Both the position numbers and the translations under genes were made by a program. From Squalus acanthias (lineage: Eukaryota): a DNA stretch of 64,000 nucleotides. Below the pieces are notes generated by a model. It had not been told where the DNA came from. It made no database searches and saw only the letters and a program-made list of their open reading frames with translations. The stretch's first letter is position 1; each line of letters opens with the position of its first letter. The stretch is from contig JASTWF010000037.1 in assembly GCA_030390025.1 (NCBI GenBank), positions 1,922,001 through 1,986,000 of the forward strand, in the 5' to 3' direction. Below, one piece after another: positions 58,585-64,000 of the stretch.

Positions 58585-61500
58585 ATGGGGGATTTTGTAG
58601 TGAGGGGTTTGCTCCCAGTGCTGGTGTTAGTTGGAGTTGTTTGTTCCTCTGATATTTGGCGACAGTTTGGAGCCCAGAGGTTTCAATGGAGAAGAGTAAA
58701 AGCCACCCCTGGGCCTCAGAGAGTCCCTCCTCCTGGGTCTCCCTTTGGCTCTGGTTTCAGTGTGTCTGAGGGGCGCAGTGTGTCTCCACTGCAGACCGTG
58801 ATGGTGCAGTGTGGAGAGCACAACCTGCTGGTCAGGGTACAGATGGATTTATTTGGAACCAGGCACCTGATTAAAGCTGCTGACCTGACCCTGGGGATGA
58901 CCGGTTGTCGGCCAACTGGGATCTACTCTCAGAACCACACCGTCCTCTTTGACTATGGGCTCCATGAATGTGGCAGCACAGTGAAGGTGATGTGATTCCT
59001 CAACCCTTGCTCTAAGCTTGGTATCTGGATTAGACCCAACTCTTTATTTCTACCCTTGGTGAAAGTTCATTGATGTTGAGATTCCTGTCTCCTGTTTTTA
59101 AAACCTCAGACTTGTGTTGAATTATGTATTGTCCTTTGCTTTAACGGGTCTTCCTGAGTTTCTCCAACCTTGTGATCTCTGCTCTATTGGCCTTGTGCCT
59201 TGACTTGGTTCTTCCAAACTTTTCCTTCCATACATCGTGGATTTTCAGGTCACTGGGGATTCAGTTTAATGTTTCAGTTATTTACAATATTCAGTTTTAT
59301 CTCCCACTCTTCCTGTATCAGAATACTGGGGAGCCTGGATTAAATGAGGCTTCAATCTGCTGTTTTAGTCACTTATCCAGATTATTAACAACCTGTGGCT
59401 CCTTTATTGAAGTGAAGCTGTCCTTTCATTGAGTCTTTTATTCTGTTTAATTGTCTTGTGCTTGCAATCCCCCTCCTTGCATTAGCTGCTGAGGCTGCAC
59501 AACTTCCAACCACCTGAGTAGAATGTTGTCCATTTCTGAACCTGATGTCTTTCAGATGTCTGGAGATTTCCTGGTCTACGCCACCCACCTGAACCACACC
59601 CCCAAGGCCCATGGATCTGTCATTGTGAGAACTAATGGAGCTGTCGTTCCCATTGAGTGCCACTATTTTAGGTAAGATTCTTTACACTGTCGCAAATAAC
59701 TTCTACAGCTGGTGCAGTTTTCTGACCTTGTCCTAAAATGGCTCCATTGTCTTTCCAGGAAGGGCAATGTGAGCAGTAACCCGATCAAGCCCACCTGGAT
59801 CCCGTTCAGCTCCACCAAGTCTGGAGAGGGGCTTCTGTCATTCTCTCTGCGTCTAATGAATGGTATGTGATGGGTGGATGGGGAATGATTTACTGTAGTC
59901 ACCCACTGGGAGTTGTACCCACTGTCTCCAACCCTTGTCCCTCTTGTACTTCAGATGACTGGCTCACAGAGCGCACCTCGACCGTCTACTACCTGGGCAA
60001 CCTCATTCACATTGAGGCCTCTGTTTCAATGACCAACCACATGCCCCTGAAGCTCTATATTGACCGCTGTGTCGCTACCTTGAGCCCAGACAAGGACTCC
60101 AGCCCGAGATACAGTATCATTGACTACAATGGGTAAGGAGCGCTCTGCTTTCTCCAGCTGGTCCTGTCTCAATGGCTTCACTTGATTCACTTCATGTCCC
60201 CTCTTAATTATTTCTCCAGTTGCCTCCTGGACAGCAAAGCTGAGGACTCCTTCTCAACCTTCGTGTTGCCAAGAGACGAGCGTGAGCTGGACAAGCTCCA
60301 CTTTGACCTGGATGCGTTCCGCTTCTTTGGAGATGACCGTTCCTTGGTAAGAGGAAGCCGACCGTTGCAAAGTATTTACAACAGATACAGGCCATTCTGC
60401 GTAACTGGTTTATGCTCCACACGAGCATCCTCACCCCTCTACATCTAACCTATTAACATATCCTTCTATTCCTTTCTCCCTCGTGTTTATCTAGCTTCCC
60501 CTTTAATGGGTCTCTGCTATTTGCCTCAATCACTCCGTGGTAGCAATTTCCGCATTCTCACCACTCTCTGGGTGGAGATGTTTCTCCTGAATTCCCGATT
60601 GGATTCATTAGTTATGACTTTGTATTTATGGCCCCTCGTTCTAGTCTCGCCCACAAGTGGAAACCTCTTCTCTGTCCACTCTATCAAACACTTTAATCTT
60701 TCAAGACCTCTATCGGGTCACCCCTCAGTCTTTTTTCTAGAGAAAAGAGCCCCCAGCCTGTTCAATCTTTCCTGATGGGTATAACCTCCTGGGTTTGTTA
60801 TCGTTCTATTAAAGCATTTCTTCACTTTCTCCAGTGCCTCTATATCCTTATAATATGGAGAGCAGGACTGTTCGCAATACTCTGTTCTCTAACCATGGTT
60901 CTATACAAGTTTAACAGAACTTCTTTCATTTTCAATTCTATCCCTTGAGAAACCCTGTGCTTTGTTTTATTTATGGCCTTCTTAACCTGTGTTGCTCCTT
61001 TTGGTGATCTACGTATCTGTACCCCCAGATCCCTCTGTTTCTCTACCCCATTTGGACACTTATTTTCCCAGGAGTATTTGGCTTCCTTATGCTTCCTACC
61101 AACACATGACCTCACACTTGCCTATACTGGATGTTCATTTGCCCATTAAATGCCCATTCTGCAGGTTTAACAATGTCTAGCTGTATTTTTGTTCCAGTCC
61201 TACTCTATTAACTACATCCTCTCCCCCCCCCCCCCCACCCCCCACCCGCTAAAATTTGGTGTATTCTACAAATTCTGAAATTTGTACTTTGGATTCCAGA
61301 GTCTAAATTGTGAACAACAGTGGTCCCAGCACAGATCACTGGAACCCCAATTCCCACCATTTACCAATCTGTGTAACTACCTTTAACCCCACTCACTGTT
61401 CTGATTTATAACCAGCTTGTGATCCATCCTGTTACTTGTCCACCCTGACACCACATGGTCATTGAGTTCCCAAGTTGGGAGGGAGTCACTTAATAACAGC

Positions 61501-62221
61501 TTGTGTTGAATGTGTCCCTCAGATTTTCATCACCTGTCACCTGAAGGTTGCTGCAGTGGATCGGAGAGATTCCATGAGCAAAGCTTGTACTTTCCAGAAG
61601 ATGCAGAATGTGTAAGTTTCCCCCTCTCTCCCTCAGGGATGTGTTGTGTGGAGAAGTGATGCCCAACCTGATTGTGAAACTGATTCTCTTGTTTAGCTGG
61701 GCTCCATTGGAAGTATCCAACAATGACGTTTGCGCTTGTTGTCATTTGGGCAACTGCGGTGCCACAAGGGAGTTCGGATTTGATTCCAGAGGAAGGAGGG
61801 ATCTTGTACCTGGCGCTGGTAGGACATTGATCCTCTAGATGTTGGAGGTTGCCCTTTACCCTCTCTAACTGGAATGTTTGATATTGCAGGGAGTGATGCT
61901 GAATTGAAGTGGGAGGGTGAGGCCTCACTTGGACCCCTGGTCATTCTGGACACTGATGTGACAGACCTGGCAACTGAGTCCCTTAATGAGGTTGAGCAAC
62001 GGATGGAGAAGAGGTCTCCAGGTGGTGAGTTGGCCGACTGCTAGTTTCCATTTCCCCCTCAGTATTTCCTTCACTCACTGTTGGTTTCTCATTGCTTTTT
62101 AGGTGCAGAGTCTGAGGTGGTCCTGATGGTGGCCCTGACTGTGACAGCTGTCTCTCTGATCTCTGCTTCTTTGATCGCCTTGTTCCTGTACAGGAAACAC
62201 AAGCCAAGCCTGTTCAACTAG
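58585..62221 (+). CDS. ZP3: ZP3-like copy 6 (type B), 463 aa
   Basis: Exons 58585-58986, 59556-59671, 59759-59862, 59955-60132, 60220-60346, 61523-61611, 61697-61818, 61890-62024, 62103-62221. Promoter CAGGTG at 58424 and palindrome at 58463-58476. Confidence 0.93.
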
Positions 62222-62835
62222 TTACTAAATGATCAATAAAGCAGTGACTCCTTGTATCTTATGTCTCGTTGCTCATTTGTCACAATGTCTGTCCCAGAGC
62301 CCACAGAAAAATGAGATGGGTTTTAATTGGACAATGTTGCTCGTGGTTATAATGGCTTATCCAGGCACAGAATTTGGATGGCTGGTGATTACAGCAACTG
62401 TGCAGCCCTCATTGTGCAGGTCAATGATCTCTGAATGGACAGAGGGACTGGTGCATGCTGGGCTCAAGCATCTCATTGGCTCCTTTGTTCTGGCAGCTTT
62501 CTCTAGTAGAAGCACCGACACTTTGCATGGTGCGATCATGTCTCTGTTCCACTGGCTCCAGTATCTGGCTTTTCATGTTGCTGTGGTTCGTGTTTACTTA
62601 ACTCGCCCTGTGGTGTGAATGGGGTGACGGTGCCAATGGGAGCTGGCACTGTTCAGAGCCCTAATATACAGCTCAGTCATTGGCTGCATCTTCACCTGGG
62701 TGAAGGGTAGGACCTCACCTTTGCTGGGAACCAAATGATGGCAGAGATTAGAATATTGAACAAGTTGGCAGAGGGTCGGGTTTTGATGAAGTTGGTATCT
62801 TCTCCTACTGAAGGAGCTTCTAATTGGGAACTCTT

Positions 62836-63174
62836 AACCTCTCCTTGCCCAGCCCCACCTTGAACTGGGGAGGTGACCATCTCCTGCCCTGAGCTTTTAC
62901 TAAACCTCTCCTTGCCCAGCCCCACCTTGCACTGGGGAGGTGACCATCTCCTGCCCTGAGCTTTTACTAAACCTCTCCTTGCCCAGCCCCACCTTGAACT
63001 GGGGAGGTGACCATCTCCTGCCCTGAGCTTTTACTAAACCTCTCCTTGCCCAGCCCCACCTTGAACTGGGGAGGTGACCATCTCCTGCCCTGAGCTTTTA
63101 CTAAACCTCTCCTTGCCCAGCCCCACCTTGAACTGGGGAGGTGACTATCTCCTGCACTGAGCTTTTACTAAACC
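62836..63174. repeat. 67-bp post-ZP3 minisatellite (5 units)
   Basis: Same unit as 9105-9510. Confidence 0.9.
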
Positions 63175-64000
63175 TTCTGCTCCTGTCTCGATTGGAATGA
63201 GCTCACGGTGGGCTCCTTTTTTTTAAAGGTAGCCTCCAGTGTCAGCAGTCCCTATTGGGTCTTCAGTGCTCCAAATGAGTCACTCACCCTGGCACAGTCG
63301 CAAGAAGCTGAAGGGTGACTTCCACAAGGAATCCTGTGCAGACTAAATAGAGCCCTGAATATAGTCTCCCAATGTAGGAAGACAAAGGATTCGAGTGGAA
63401 ATGCAGTGAAACATGGGCTTCTTCTAACTTGAGTGGCAGGTTCACGGGGAGGGGAGCCTCAACGACATAAGAAATAGGAGCAGAAGTAGGGCAATTGGCC
63501 CTTCGAGCCTGCTCTGCCATTCAATAAGATCATGGCTGATCTTCTACCTCATCTCCACTTGCCTGAACTATCCCCATATCCCTTAATTCCCTTAATATTC
63601 AAAGATCTATCAATCTCTGTCTTCAATATATTCAACGATTGAGCCTCCACAGCCCTCTGGGCTAGAGAATTCCAAAGTTTCACCACTCAAGAAATTTCTT
63701 CTCATCTCAGTCCTAAATGGCCGACCCCTTCGTGTGAGACTGTGACCCCTGGTTCTAGACTCACCAGCCAGGGGCAACATCCTCCCTGTCAAGCCCTGCA
63801 AGAATTTTGTTTTTCAATGAGATCACATCTCATTCTTCTAAACTTGAGAATATAGGCTTATTCTACTCAATCTCTCCTCATAGAACAATCCCCCCCATCC
63901 CAGGAATCAGTCTGGTGAACCTTTGTTGCACTCCTTCTATGGCAAGTATATCCTTCCTTCGGTAAGGAGGCCAAAACATTACACAATACTCCAGGTGTGG

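Overview
Vertebrate genomic DNA, most likely from a cartilaginous fish (inferred from the repeat families: DeuSINEs, CR1 with (TTTCTATG)n tails, Penelope elements and a 67-bp satellite). The window holds a head-to-tail array of six apparently intact 9-exon ZP3/ZPC-like egg-coat genes on the + strand (ATGs at 2126, 15152, 24711, 37144, 48804, 58585). Each encodes a signal peptide, ZP-N/ZP-C domains, an RGRR furin site, an EHP and a TM anchor. Two different promoter/N-terminal modules occur: type A (genes 1, 3) and type B (genes 2, 4, 5, 6). Spacers and introns contain CR1, L2, Tx1, Penelope, DeuSINE and solo-LTR insertions plus three minisatellite families. Most notable: (i) a Tx1-type LINE 3' end fused to an intronless ferritin heavy-chain fragment, with a second independent insertion showing a 14-bp TSD and a double poly(A) tail; (ii) minimal hammerhead ribozyme motifs in Penelope 3' ends; (iii) mosaic, concerted evolution of the ZP3 array; (iv) a covarying T-loop/B-box hairpin shared by two otherwise dissimilar solo LTRs. 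Family assignments come from motif recognition by eye; no database searches were run.
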